Source: Phycisphaerae bacterium
GTDB taxonomy: Bacteria; Planctomycetota; Phycisphaerae; UBA1845
Direction of reading: 5' to 3'
Assembly: GCA_029260035.1 (NCBI GenBank)
Contig: JAJDEA010000222.1
Coordinates: 15,249-79,248 of the forward strand
DNA: 64,000 nucleotides
Numbering within the stretch: the first letter of the stretch is position 1; every line of letters begins with the position of its first letter. A model generated the notes under the pieces. That model saw only the letters and a list, made by a program, of their open reading frames with translations. It was not told where the DNA came from and made no database searches. The translations under genes and the position numbers were made by a program. Shown here one piece after another: positions 17,646 to 27,781 of this stretch.

Positions 17646-18101
17646 AGCGAATTTCTCCATAATCTTGTTAAACCGTTCACTCGGCCTGCCTTCAATTCAC
17701 CGCGCCATACGGGAAGGGCCGATACGATAGTCTGCCATAGTGTACCCATGGTCGAGGTTGCGCCAAGCGGGAAATCGCCCCATACAGGGCCCCGCATATC
17801 TTTGCGACCTATCCCCAAACATCCACCATTTAGTACCCGTAATCGGCTTTTTTGCCGTAAACTGCTTAGCGTAAATAAGTTAGGGGTTTCGAGAGTCCTT
17901 GAAAGAGCCAAAGCAGGCAAAAAATGCGCGGTTTCGCCCACCAAGTAGCGCAAAAATCACGCTTTCGTGCAGTCCTTCCAGAAACAGAGGCTTGAAAACT
18001 GGAATTGACGCCGAGCCACAGATGGTCACGTGCAGCGGCGAATTGCTAACATACACAAGAAAAAACGTGTAATCGGTCGCTACAGGCAATTCGAGATGAC
18101 T

Positions 18102-19385
18102 CTAGCCGGTACGAACGAACGAGTTTCCGGGGACGTTGATCCTGTGAATTGTTTCGCTTGCCTTCCCGGAATTCTTGTCCTCCACAAGCACTTTGAGAAT
18201 ATATTCGCCTTCCTGCTGAAACGGTGGCAGGTTTACGCGCTGTGCTATGAAGAAATCGGTTCGTCGCCTTCTACATATGTCAACGATGTCCGGCACCTCA
18301 TGATGCCAAAGTGACTCGCCGGCTGCGGTCAACAGCTCCAGCCTTGTCGAGACGAGGGTGCGAAACCTGCCGTCCTCGGTGCGTTCTGCGCGAAGATTGC
18401 GAACTTCACTATAAACAATTGTTTGCAGGCCTCGCCCAACAACAATTTCGCTTGTATCCAGTTCGTCGTACACGCCGAAGGTGGCCACCTTCTTGCAGAG
18501 TGCGATTTGGGTGACGATTGGGTCGGCACGATCGGCCAAAACTTTCCGCAACTCATCTGTACGGCGAATGGCGTCTTCGCCGGGGAGCAGTGGATTGCTC
18601 GCAGCACCGCGTACCGCTTCTGCGACACGCACAAAACTCTCCAAAATCTCACTTCCATCCTGCGAAAGGCTCTTTCCTGATTCGGTCACGGGCACATGTC
18701 GCCCCAGCGCAAGCAGCGAAAGTCGCAAAGCCCATTCGGAGGCAAAACTCTTCTGCGCTTCTGCCTGTCTCTCGATTTCCTCCAGGAATCGCTCTGCTAT
18801 ATCACCGGTTTCAACGGGGTCAACAATCATCGAACCGTTCATTGCGTTGGTTTCTTCCGTTCGTGTCGCCGCAACCATCGCATGGCTATTCGATCGAATG
18901 GAAACCTTCTCGATCCGCGGTAGTGCGGGTCCAGCATGCACGATGGGCTTTGCAGTCAAGGTCACCTGAGAGTTGGCGAACGCGGTGCGTGAACCGACTT
19001 GAGGACTCAAGTCGTTGGTGGTCGGCGCATGAGCTTGCCGAGTGACATATGCCGGTCTCCGATTAAAATTGCTCCTGTCAGCACCTTCTTGCCATGAAGG
19101 CCTAGGCTCGGGAATATGAGTCGAATTGGTTTCGGTTGAAGCTAAATCATAGTCCTTCGTGCGCTCGAGAAACTCCGCGACAACCGCCAACGCGGATTGG
19201 TCCGGCGCAGGGGTAGTTGCAGGCTCTTCGGGAACCTCTTGCGATTGTTCCGCCTGAACCACAGGGGGATTGGGCATCTGCATAGGCGCCGGATTACGAA
19301 ATGTGGAACAACCAGAAATCATCGCGAGACAGAACGCGACAACGAATTGGCATTTGAGTACCGAGTTTTTTCTAAATCGCATCAT
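18102..19385 (-). CDS. lipoprotein of unknown function
   Basis: MMRFRKNSVLKCQFVVAFCLAMISGC carries a lipobox (ISGC). The start is set at ATG 19385; the longer ORF extension to 19550 overlaps the holA 3' end. Confidence 0.7.
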   Translation of the reverse strand: MMRFRKNSVLKCQFVVAFCLAMISGCSTFRNPAPMQMPNPPVVQAEQSQEVPEEPATTPAPDQSALAVVAEFLERTKDYDLASTETNSTHIPEPRPSWQEGADRSNFNRRPAYVTRQAHAPTTNDLSPQVGSRTAFANSQVTLTAKPIVHAGPALPRIEKVSIRSNSHAMVAATRTEETNAMNGSMIVDPVETGDIAERFLEEIERQAEAQKSFASEWALRLSLLALGRHVPVTESGKSLSQDGSEILESFVRVAEAVRGAASNPLLPGEDAIRRTDELRKVLADRADPIVTQIALCKKVATFGVYDELDTSEIVVGRGLQTIVYSEVRNLRAERTEDGRFRTLVSTRLELLTAAGESLWHHEVPDIVDICRRRRTDFFIAQRVNLPPFQQEGEYILKVLVEDKNSGKASETIHRINVPGNSFVRTG

Positions 19386-19410
19386 GCGCAGAACTTTCCA
19401 GCATCCTTGC

Positions 19411-20370
19411 CTAGGCGCAGCAGCGCCGGCTGTGCTTGATAATGAATTTCTCGACCGACGTATCGGCTGTGGACAATCCCGTTTTAATGGCCTGGTCAGC
19501 CATGAGCAGGTCACGAAGCTGTTGCTCAAGCTCTCTTGCGGAAAAACCATCCAGCCTTTTTTGCAAGACCGACGGATCGGTGTAGAGTCGCCTTGCTAAC
19601 ACAGCGACGTTCGTTCCGCCTTCGTAGTCCCGCCTTGCCTGAAGCAACCGCCGAACCCCCCAGGCCAATCCTGCGATCGCACGGGCGGGCGCTGCCCGGT
19701 CGGTCGCATACACTTGCTCCCAATTCCGCAAAGCTGTTTCCGTTGAACCGGATGCCAATGCATCCGTCACCGCAAATATTTTTTCTTCTCGAATGCACCC
19801 CGTCAGTGCGCTGACATCTTCCAATGTTATTTCGCTGCGGTCTCCGGCATAAATCGCCAACTTGGACAATTCCGCGTCCAGAAGCCCCGGAGAATCCCCG
19901 ATTTGGTCACGCAATCTCTGCGATACAGAAGGTGCCAATTTCTTGCCATAAATATTCGCCGATCGACTCGCAATCCACGAACCGATCGCATGCCTCTTGA
20001 TCGGTTCGCACGCCAACACCTGTCCACGCTTTGCGATGATCTTGTAAAGCTTGGTATTCTTGGCGAGCGAATTACAAACGAAGATCAGACAGCCTGATTG
20101 AGCCGGGTCGTCGCAGTACCGCTCAAGACTCTTCCGATTAGCCGTAATGAACGCATCCGCATTATCCAACACAACAACTTGCAGGTCACCCAAAAGCGAC
20201 AATGTACGAACTTCATCCAGTACTTCTGCCAAACCGGCATTCGTACCGTCGAGACGAGCAGGCGAGATGTCGCCGACTTTCCCGGTAATTGCGTCGAGAA
20301 GCTGCTGCAATGCATCATGCACCAGGAATCGATCGGCACCGGCAATCGCAATGACAGGATGAATCTGCAT
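19411..20370 (-). CDS. holA: DNA polymerase III subunit delta
   Basis: Length and N-terminal pattern (MQIHPVIAIAGADRFLVHDALQQLL...) plus overall delta-subunit-like helical domains. The longest ORF starts at TTG 20412, directly abutting the upstream stop; the ATG at 20370 is preferred. Confidence 0.7.
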   Translation of the reverse strand: MQIHPVIAIAGADRFLVHDALQQLLDAITGKVGDISPARLDGTNAGLAEVLDEVRTLSLLGDLQVVVLDNADAFITANRKSLERYCDDPAQSGCLIFVCNSLAKNTKLYKIIAKRGQVLACEPIKRHAIGSWIASRSANIYGKKLAPSVSQRLRDQIGDSPGLLDAELSKLAIYAGDRSEITLEDVSALTGCIREEKIFAVTDALASGSTETALRNWEQVYATDRAAPARAIAGLAWGVRRLLQARRDYEGGTNVAVLARRLYTDPSVLQKRLDGFSARELEQQLRDLLMADQAIKTGLSTADTSVEKFIIKHSRRCCA

Positions 20371-20412
20371 CGGGTTGATACCGTTCCCCCAAGAGGAAAA
20401 ACGATTCGTCAA

Positions 20413-21684
20413 CTACGGACGATACGTTCTGGACACTTTTTCCATGAGCGCAAGCCTCTTCTGCGCCTCGTCAATAACATTCGTCGCGCTCGGATCGATC
20501 TTCGTGGCTCGTAGGTAGCTGTCTCTCGCCAGGATTTCGTCGCCCTGGTAAACAGCAATGTCGCCGAGATTCATCCAAACTTCCGCGTCTTTCGGATTAT
20601 ACCGAAGAATCGTGCGCAGTCTTTCCGCAGCAGCAGAGTAATTGTTCTTTTGACGTAATACTTTGGCCGAACCTTGCAGCCCCGATCGGAGTTTCGGGTC
20701 CTGGCCAATGGCAATATCGTAAGCACTCAAGGACCGATCGAAATCACCCAGCAAATATAGCAAATCTCCCAACTCGGAGAATGCGGGCGTAAGCTGAGAG
20801 TCCAGACGTACCGCCTGCCTGATCTTGGAGACGGCGTCCTTGTATCGCCCTTGGGCACGAAGCGCCAGTCCTTCGGAAAAAAGGTTGCTCGCTCGCGTTT
20901 CTTCGAATGTCTTTCGCTGCGAAATGGCTCGATCCGCGGTGTCGTCTGAACCACCCCATCCAGGCGTTGCCGTCAAATCAGCCAGTTGGGCCGTACGTTC
21001 AGCTTGGAGTAATATATCTGTGACACCTGGTACACTATCCGCCCGATGACCGCCCTGATCCACCACGGTCACCTGAACAGCGATACGTCCGGCAAGAGAA
21101 TTCGGAAAACGCCAATCGTACTTTCCTGTGTTGGCCAGCGGGTCTTTTGTAACTGCTCTCCATTGACCATTTGGGACGATTCTGTAGGTAAGTCGAACCG
21201 GACGGGCTGCGAAATTCGAGTCGATCGCGGTCCAGCGGATTTGCAGCACACGTTGCCCTAACGACGTGGCTTGTCGAAGCGCATGAAGTTGGACAACGGG
21301 TTGTGTGTAGTCGACGAACGCCGTTTTGTGAGGTTGAACGCCTCGGCTCGGCGGAGCGCTTGAAGCGCCCGCTGCGTTGGTAGCGATGAAGAAGAAGCCG
21401 TGAAGGCCCTCTTTGTCGGCGTGGAAGGTAAACGGTGACTGGCGATCGCTGTCATACCCATATTGCTGCCAACTGATACCGCCGTCGAGCGTATTCCAAA
21501 GTTCAACCGATTGTAGAGGCAAGGCGTCTTCGTTGATTTTATATTCAATGTCGAAAACGCGAGTTGTTATGGGATTTGGATTTGGCTCTGCACCCTGTAC
21601 GCCACTCTCAAGCAAGACGTTCAGAGCGAGAAGGGCGACGAAGCATCCATGCCGGGAAACGTAAGCTCGCATCGATAAGTCCAT
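20413..21684 (-). CDS. secreted protein with Ig-like N-terminal part and C-terminal TPR repeats
   Basis: N-terminal signal-like segment (CFVALLALNVLLESGVQGAEP). C-terminal TPR repeats are present (AFSELGDLLYLLGDFDRSLSAYDIAIGQDP, VWMNLGDIAVYQGDEILARDSYLRATKIDP). Confidence 0.75.
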   Translation of the reverse strand: MDLSMRAYVSRHGCFVALLALNVLLESGVQGAEPNPNPITTRVFDIEYKINEDALPLQSVELWNTLDGGISWQQYGYDSDRQSPFTFHADKEGLHGFFFIATNAAGASSAPPSRGVQPHKTAFVDYTQPVVQLHALRQATSLGQRVLQIRWTAIDSNFAARPVRLTYRIVPNGQWRAVTKDPLANTGKYDWRFPNSLAGRIAVQVTVVDQGGHRADSVPGVTDILLQAERTAQLADLTATPGWGGSDDTADRAISQRKTFEETRASNLFSEGLALRAQGRYKDAVSKIRQAVRLDSQLTPAFSELGDLLYLLGDFDRSLSAYDIAIGQDPKLRSGLQGSAKVLRQKNNYSAAAERLRTILRYNPKDAEVWMNLGDIAVYQGDEILARDSYLRATKIDPSATNVIDEAQKRLALMEKVSRTYRP

Positions 21685-22170
21685 CCCTGAAAATTGCGAG
21701 AATCGAACCAGCGCACATCCATGTGCGCCTCAGTAATGTATGGTGCCCCTATCGGATTGGAACCAATCGCCGCATCATGTTTTACTGGCACCCCAGAGCA
21801 ACACTGAAAAACCATCCAATCAAGCTGGCTCCGTCTGTCTTAAACCTACAATCAATGCTGAGATACCCTACCCTTAATTCCCAATGCTGAAATTGGGGGG
21901 TTTACAACTCGTTCGACCGTTGACTCAGCTTCCCTTTTTACCACGCGTCGAGCCAAATAGCTTTTCAATTTAATTTTCTTATTTACACCTTATTTTCACA
22001 TTGTTCGGGATCAAGTCACAAGATTCGCGTATCCGGGAAAAATCCTTGAAGAAGGCCGAATTTCGCCAATTTTTGCTTTGCTACCGGGTATTGCGTCTGA
22101 TAGACTCCCGCTCGCGGTGCGATCTAGGGAACGATCGCGATCCAGTTGCGCATCCTTGGAGAGTTTGAAA

Positions 22171-22350
22171 ATGGATGAATACGAACGACTGAAGGAAATC
22201 ATCGAAATGGCGGCGGATGATATACGGAAGGCCAGCGGCGGCAACAAGGCTGCGGGCACCCGCGTTCGCAAGGCAATGCAGGATGTGAAAGAGGCCGCCC
22301 AGGCGGTGCGAAAACGCATTCTTGAGGTTCGGGTCGATTCACAATCGTAG
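22171..22350 (+). CDS. Hc1-like (chlamydial histone H1-like) small DNA-binding protein, N-terminal domain only
   Basis: 59 aa: MDEYERLKEIIEMAADDIRKASGGNKAAGTRVRKAMQDVKEAAQAVRKRILEVR. The core GNKAAGTRVRK resembles the GNKAAAQRVR core of chlamydial Hc1. GGAGAG lies 8 nt upstream of the ATG, and an AT-rich promoter-like region lies upstream. Confidence 0.7.
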   Translation: MDEYERLKEIIEMAADDIRKASGGNKAAGTRVRKAMQDVKEAAQAVRKRILEVRVDSQS

Positions 22351-22631
22351 TGCCCGGACCTGGTTCGAATGGCTTGAGCACGCTCCGCTTAACGTGCGGC
22401 GGTCGAATATCGGTTTCGTCTGAGCAGCTAGTGCATTTGCGGCGCTACACTTGACCAGGCGCGCGAGCCTTGGCTTGTTGCGCGCATCGCAGAAAGACAA
22501 ACCAGGTTCGGTTTAGGCTTTGTAATAGTCGCAATCACCATAGATTGTTATCGAATACTTGCGCCCGTAAGGCGTGCGGTGCTGTCGGCGCGATGCAAGT
22601 GGCGCTAACATTTTGCATCGCAAGTTATGCG

Positions 22632-23123
22632 ATGGAGTTCAGGCTCATGCCGCCGCCGCTATTGATAGACCTCGAACCAATTGATTTGGACGCTGTCGTT
22701 GCGACCAAGGAGCAAATCTACGCCGCCCTGCCCCAACGGCACGAGTTCGGGTTGTTGGATGGCGTGTGCCACCTCGATGCCAACGCAAAGCAGATCGTCA
22801 CGTTTCGCGATTGCCGAAGTGATGACTGGTGGGTTCGTGGGCATGTCCCCGGCAGGCCTCTCTTGCCCGGCGTGTTGATGTTGGAAATGGCGGCGCAGAC
22901 ATCGGCGTACCTCGCAAAGCAATATGGCCAATATGATTCTTTTATCGCGTTCGGCGGGATCGACGAGTGCAAGTTCCGCGACACTATTTTACCCGACACA
23001 CGTCTTTACATTTTATGCGTGGGTGAAAAACTTCGTTCGCGAAGAATCGTCTCTCGCACACAAGGCTTCGCCGACGGCAGGCTGATCTTCGAAGCCAAGA
23101 TCACAGGCTTGACCATGTCGTAA
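22632..23123 (+). CDS. hot-dog fold 3-hydroxyacyl-ACP dehydratase (FabZ/FabA-like)
   Basis: Active-site region WWVRGHVPGRPLLPGVLMLEMAAQ (H-x-P-x-x-P-x-x-PGV-x-x-x-E). The start is uncertain (ATG 22632 or 22647; the longest ORF starts at 22470). Confidence 0.75.
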   Translation: MEFRLMPPPLLIDLEPIDLDAVVATKEQIYAALPQRHEFGLLDGVCHLDANAKQIVTFRDCRSDDWWVRGHVPGRPLLPGVLMLEMAAQTSAYLAKQYGQYDSFIAFGGIDECKFRDTILPDTRLYILCVGEKLRSRRIVSRTQGFADGRLIFEAKITGLTMS

Positions 23124-23404
23124 GCCCTTCTCTACATAGATGCCCCGTAGCCTCTTTTTCTACATCAAATCCCGCCAACCGGTTGCTTCGAGAAGACCGC
23201 TTCATACCCAATCGACTGGCAAACTCATGTTTAATGCAACAATCGAATAGTGGTGGCACCTGCTTGACTTTGCCCCCCTGCATCCTAGCATAGAATGCAC
23301 AATGATGTTGGTACAGCTTAACCAAACGGAAGCTAGCGAAAGCATGTTTCGTCCCGTGCATTGTAGGGTTTACGGCTTCATGTACTCGTTCGCAAGTATG
23401 ACTT

Positions 23405-24046
23405 ATGTTCACTGGAATCGTTGAAACAACTGGCCAAATTCTTTCCTCGCAAAATGTCGAGGGAGGCAAGCGTTTGCGTATCAAAGCTGGCGCTTTAGCA
23501 GAAGGCGTGACGCTTGGTGCAAGCGTTTGCGTGAACGGTGTTTGCCTGACCGCAACAGCCAATTCGAGAGAAGAAATCACATTCGATGTAATTCACGAAA
23601 CGCTCACAAAGACTACGCTGGGGGCAAAGCAGGTCGGCGATCGCGTGAATCTTGAACGGTCGCTGAGTGTGGGCGATCGGATCGACGGCCATTTCGTTCA
23701 AGGCCATATTGATGGCACTGCAGTTATTAAGAAGGTTCAGTCCACCGCCCGAGACTTCGTCCTATGGCTTCGCCCGCAAGACACAATTGCGAAGTATATG
23801 ATCCCAAAAGGCTCGGTCGCGGTTGACGGTGTATCACTAACAATAGCTGAAATGCGCGACAGTGCGTTTTCCGTCGCACTTATTCCGACGACGCTTGAAC
23901 ATACAACGCTGTCGTTGCTTCGCGAGGGCGATTTGGTCAATATCGAATCGGACATGCTCGCGCGTACGATTGTGCATTACCTCGAAGGTATCGAGAAGAA
24001 CGGCGGATTGAGCTTGCAGACCTTGCGTCAGGCGGGTTTCGCATGA
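23405..24046 (+). CDS. ribE: riboflavin synthase (alpha chain)
   Basis: MFTGIVETTGQI N-terminus. Duplicated lumazine-binding barrels are present (GASVCVNGVCLT / GSVAVDGVSLT). Confidence 0.9.
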   Translation: MFTGIVETTGQILSSQNVEGGKRLRIKAGALAEGVTLGASVCVNGVCLTATANSREEITFDVIHETLTKTTLGAKQVGDRVNLERSLSVGDRIDGHFVQGHIDGTAVIKKVQSTARDFVLWLRPQDTIAKYMIPKGSVAVDGVSLTIAEMRDSAFSVALIPTTLEHTTLSLLREGDLVNIESDMLARTIVHYLEGIEKNGGLSLQTLRQAGFA

Positions 24047-25125
24047 ACTCGGAGCGTGGCAACATCTCAACTGATGACATTCGCACCGAGCGCAAGCCCT
24101 TGATCGGCGTAACAATGGGTGACCCCTCCGGCATTGGCGCGGAGGTCATCGTCAAAGCATTGCTCGATAGTGACATTCGAACACTGGCGAGATTTATTGT
24201 TTACGGTATTGATGACTCATTACTGGCATCGGCAGATGCTGCGGGCATTCGGCCATACTGGTTTCGTGTTCCGCAGGATACTGTAAGCCGGGTGGATAGC
24301 GGCGTCGTGGTCGTTGATTTTGACCAATACGCTCGTGGTGATTGGCTGAGCGGTCGGCCGACGAAACGTGGCGGAGAGGCCTCGCTCGGTTTCGTCGATC
24401 GGGCAATCGAGGATGTCCGCTCAAATCGCCTTGACGCTGTGGTGACAGGACCTATTCACAAAGTTTCCTGGAAACTTGCGCGTTCTCGCTTTGCGGGACA
24501 CACGGAGCTGTTCGCAGATGCGTTTCGCGTAAAGCGGTACAACATGGCGTTCGTCGGGGGCGGACTTCGCATAGCGCTGGCCAGTTCTCACATTCCTCTT
24601 CTCGATCTGCGAAACCGCCTAACGATCGGGTTTGTGTTTCAGCCTATCGACTTGCTGGATCAAGCGATGCGGAATTGGTTCGGGCTGGAAAAACCTCGTA
24701 TCGCTGTTGCAGGACTCAACCCGCACGCGGGCGAAGAGGGTCGTTTCGGCGACGAAGAAGAGCGCGTAATCGCCCCGGCGATTCTCATGGCACAAAATGC
24801 GGGGATCGACGCAAGAGGGCCTTTCCCCGCAGACACACTTTTCACGCCCAAGATGCGAAACCGTTTTGACGGAATCGTCGCACTCTACCACGATCAAGGC
24901 TTGATCCCCATAAAGATGCTCGCATTCGACACTGCCGTAAATGTGACGCTTGGTCTTCCGACGATCCGAACGAGCGTCGATCATGGAACGGCATTTGACA
25001 TTGCGGGAACCGACTCGGCCGACCCTGGCAGCATGAAAGAAGCAATTCGGCTCGCGTGCCATTTGGCGTCGCGATCCAATGCTACGAAATGGCAGACACA
25101 GGCGGTCGATGCACTTCGCGATTGA
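24043..25125 (+). CDS. pdxA: 4-hydroxythreonine-4-phosphate dehydrogenase
   Basis: Motifs GDPSGIGAEV, GHTELFA, NPHAGE, HDQGLIP and TSVDHGTAFDIAG. The start overlaps the ribE stop (ATGA), consistent with an operon. Confidence 0.9.
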   Translation: MNSERGNISTDDIRTERKPLIGVTMGDPSGIGAEVIVKALLDSDIRTLARFIVYGIDDSLLASADAAGIRPYWFRVPQDTVSRVDSGVVVVDFDQYARGDWLSGRPTKRGGEASLGFVDRAIEDVRSNRLDAVVTGPIHKVSWKLARSRFAGHTELFADAFRVKRYNMAFVGGGLRIALASSHIPLLDLRNRLTIGFVFQPIDLLDQAMRNWFGLEKPRIAVAGLNPHAGEEGRFGDEEERVIAPAILMAQNAGIDARGPFPADTLFTPKMRNRFDGIVALYHDQGLIPIKMLAFDTAVNVTLGLPTIRTSVDHGTAFDIAGTDSADPGSMKEAIRLACHLASRSNATKWQTQAVDALRD

Positions 25126-25166
25126 GCCAAGCTATTACTTGAGTGCAACACCAAGCTGGCGTTACA

Positions 25167-26126
25167 TTATGTCGGCTTGCTCACGCTTCTGATCTGACCG
25201 ACCAACTCTTCGCACGCATGACGAATGGTCTGTCGCCAATCAGCGGGCGCGGTGCCGGCATATTTCTTGTCGTTGTACGCGTAGATAACGCTTCTCGACG
25301 CCGTAACAAGAGCGCCCGTGCCATCGGGCTTAAAGCACTTTGCTACTTCTTCCTGCGTTCTGCCCTGCGCACCGAAGCCCGGCACGAGGAATATGCAATT
25401 TGGCATAAGCTCGCGAATGATCATTGTCGATTCGACGTCGCGAGGCGAGACGACAGCACCAATCGAGCTGTATCCTGATTCGCCAATCAAGCCTGGTGCG
25501 CTAGCCCATTCTTGAACAAGTTTGCCAACATGTTGACATAGTGTTCCGCCCGAATTGAGCTGCATACCCTGCACTTCTGCGGCGGAAGGATTGCTCGTTT
25601 GCACAAGGACGAATAGCCCTTTGCCCTGCTCGCTTGCAACTTCTACAAACGGCGAAACTCCATCAAACCCGAAGTACGGGTTGATCGTAATCGCTTCCGG
25701 TGCAGCCCAGCTTTGACATCTTCCGCCGAGCTGAGCCATCGCGTATTGCATTGATGTATGGCCTATGTCAGCGCGTTTGACGTCGCCGATGACAATTAAC
25801 CCCTTGTCCTGCGCGGCTTGGACAAGCTGGTGGTAGGCGCGAATACCGTCCGCATAGAAAGGTTCAAAAAACGCGATGTTGATTTTGATAGCTGGGACGA
25901 ACGCGGCAATCGCATCAATCACTTCGCTTCCAAAAGAGAGAATCGCATCGGCGCATGATTTTGTGTCGCCAAGGGGATCGACGTTGCGTGCAATCGCATC
26001 GGAAAGTCCGTGCTTTTTCAATAGCTCTGATGGAAGCCTATCGATGAGCGGGTCCAATCCCACGCAAGCTGCAACGCCCTTTTGCTGTATCGAGGTAACG
26101 ATGTTGTCGCCGAAGTGGTTACTCAA
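25167..26126 (-). CDS. pyrF: orotidine 5'-phosphate decarboxylase, type 2
   Basis: Motifs CVGLDP, KINIAFFE and IGDVKRADIGHT. The apparent start is TTG at 26126. Confidence 0.85.
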   Translation of the reverse strand: MSNHFGDNIVTSIQQKGVAACVGLDPLIDRLPSELLKKHGLSDAIARNVDPLGDTKSCADAILSFGSEVIDAIAAFVPAIKINIAFFEPFYADGIRAYHQLVQAAQDKGLIVIGDVKRADIGHTSMQYAMAQLGGRCQSWAAPEAITINPYFGFDGVSPFVEVASEQGKGLFVLVQTSNPSAAEVQGMQLNSGGTLCQHVGKLVQEWASAPGLIGESGYSSIGAVVSPRDVESTMIIRELMPNCIFLVPGFGAQGRTQEEVAKCFKPDGTGALVTASRSVIYAYNDKKYAGTAPADWRQTIRHACEELVGQIRSVSKPT

Positions 26127-26372
26127 TGATGATTCCTTTTCATTCGTAGAATCTGTCGAAGAAACGTCAGCCTCGAATGGCTTTTTGGGCGAGGTAACGC
26201 AAAAGGTCTTTAGGTACTATAATGATGTCGATGACACCCTGCAACGTGCAACGCGCCGTCATTTGTCGAATAGTTTCCGATCGACTTGCGCCAGTAGGTT
26301 GATGTTTTCGCGAGTCGCAAAGTTCACGAGACGACTACGCGATTGCGGAGCCTACTTGAGTCCTGGTTTGCA

Positions 26373-27515
26373 ATGAACGAAGAAAAAGACAACAAGGATA
26401 AACCCTCCAAGCCTGGGAAGGTTCGCGCCCCGTTCCGACGGAATCGATCCAAGCCCAGCCGAGATAAGAATTGGACGCAGAAAGCGCGCGACGACGAAGG
26501 AGAAACGCTAAACACATTTGACTCGGAGAGCGTTCGTGCCAAGGGTTCGCTTTCCCGCAATCGTACGATCAAGGTCCATCAGACTGGCGATGAAGAAGAT
26601 TCTGCTCTGCGCGCTGGCGTAGTCGTTGCCATGCGTGGCTTGTACGCAGAGGTGGACGACGGGGAACGGGTTTGGCTTTGCACGATTCGGAAAGTGCTGC
26701 GGTCCAGGCAGATCGACGAAAGACACGCCGTTACGATCGGCGATCGAGTAGGCTTTACGTTGGAAACTTCCGGGAGCGGCGAGGCTGAAGAGGGAGTTAT
26801 TGAACAAGTAAAGGAACGACATGGACAATTACGACGGAAGGCTGGTCGGCGGATCCAGACGATAGCCGCGAATGTCGATCAAGCTATCATCGTAAGCTCA
26901 GCCGCCCAGCCAAGCCCAAAACCTCAATTGATCGACCGCTATATTGTTGCGGCTCTTGCGGGAGACGTAGTTCCGATCATTTGCTTTAACAAGATCGACC
27001 TGGATGAAGGTCACTCAATTGATTCTTTGCTTCAACGGTATACGAGTTTGGGGTATCAGGCGATAGGCGCGAGTACCGTAACCGGCGTCGGAATCGATCA
27101 GCTAAGGCAATTCCTGAAGGATAAGAGCAGTGTTGTCGCAGGACAGAGTGGTGTCGGGAAGAGTTCTCTGCTCAACGCAATTCAACCGGGCTTGAAGCTC
27201 AAAACGGGTAGCGTGGCAATTCAAACGGAAAAGGGTCGGCATACGACCACAACGGCGAGCCTGATTCGGTTGGATCAAGGGGGCTATGTCGTCGATACGC
27301 CGGGCATTCGATCGTTCGACATCTCAATGATTCCGAAGTGCGAAATAGAATCCTATTTTGAAGAGTTTGTGAAACATATAGAAGACTGCAAATTTCCTGA
27401 CTGCACGCACACCCATGAAACGAAGTGTGCCGTGAAGTCGGCGGTAGAAAATGGTGAAATCGATGTAGAGCGTTACGAGAGCTATGTGTATCTGTTTGAA
27501 GACCCTGACCGTTGA
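26373..27515 (+). CDS. rsgA: ribosome small-subunit-dependent GTPase A
   Basis: Circularly permuted GTPase motifs (NKIDL, GQSGVGKSSLLNAI, GRHTTT, DTPGIRSF) and a C-terminal zinc knuckle (CKFPDCTHTHETKCAV). The basic N-terminal extension gives a start at ATG 26373 or TTG 26343. Confidence 0.85.
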   Translation: MNEEKDNKDKPSKPGKVRAPFRRNRSKPSRDKNWTQKARDDEGETLNTFDSESVRAKGSLSRNRTIKVHQTGDEEDSALRAGVVVAMRGLYAEVDDGERVWLCTIRKVLRSRQIDERHAVTIGDRVGFTLETSGSGEAEEGVIEQVKERHGQLRRKAGRRIQTIAANVDQAIIVSSAAQPSPKPQLIDRYIVAALAGDVVPIICFNKIDLDEGHSIDSLLQRYTSLGYQAIGASTVTGVGIDQLRQFLKDKSSVVAGQSGVGKSSLLNAIQPGLKLKTGSVAIQTEKGRHTTTTASLIRLDQGGYVVDTPGIRSFDISMIPKCEIESYFEEFVKHIEDCKFPDCTHTHETKCAVKSAVENGEIDVERYESYVYLFEDPDR

Positions 27516-27781
27516 AACAAGCTCTACTCTTAATTGGCGTGGGTGTCCTGCTCCGGGCGCCTTTGAAAACTAGGGTTTCCCGATGAATAGAGTATTGACG
27601 GGTTGTTGAGGACGTCTACGCAAACGTTTTTGCTGCTCCGTCATCTTGGGCAGTGGCACGATCGGACGCTGTCGGCTATCCTTAGAGTAGGCTCTGTTTT
27701 CTTGTAGTGGTCGAAATTCGGTTTCTTGAGAGAAGCTGTCCCGCAACAGCGTTTGCACAATAGATGAGAATGTTCTAAGCC

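Noticed and set aside
21690-21780. tRNA-like GAATCGAACC motif suggesting a minus-strand tRNA
   Set aside because: I could not fold a cloverleaf. The T-stem has mismatches, and there is no acceptor or anticodon stem pairing. The apparent signal is better explained by the 8+8 palindrome at 21711-21728.
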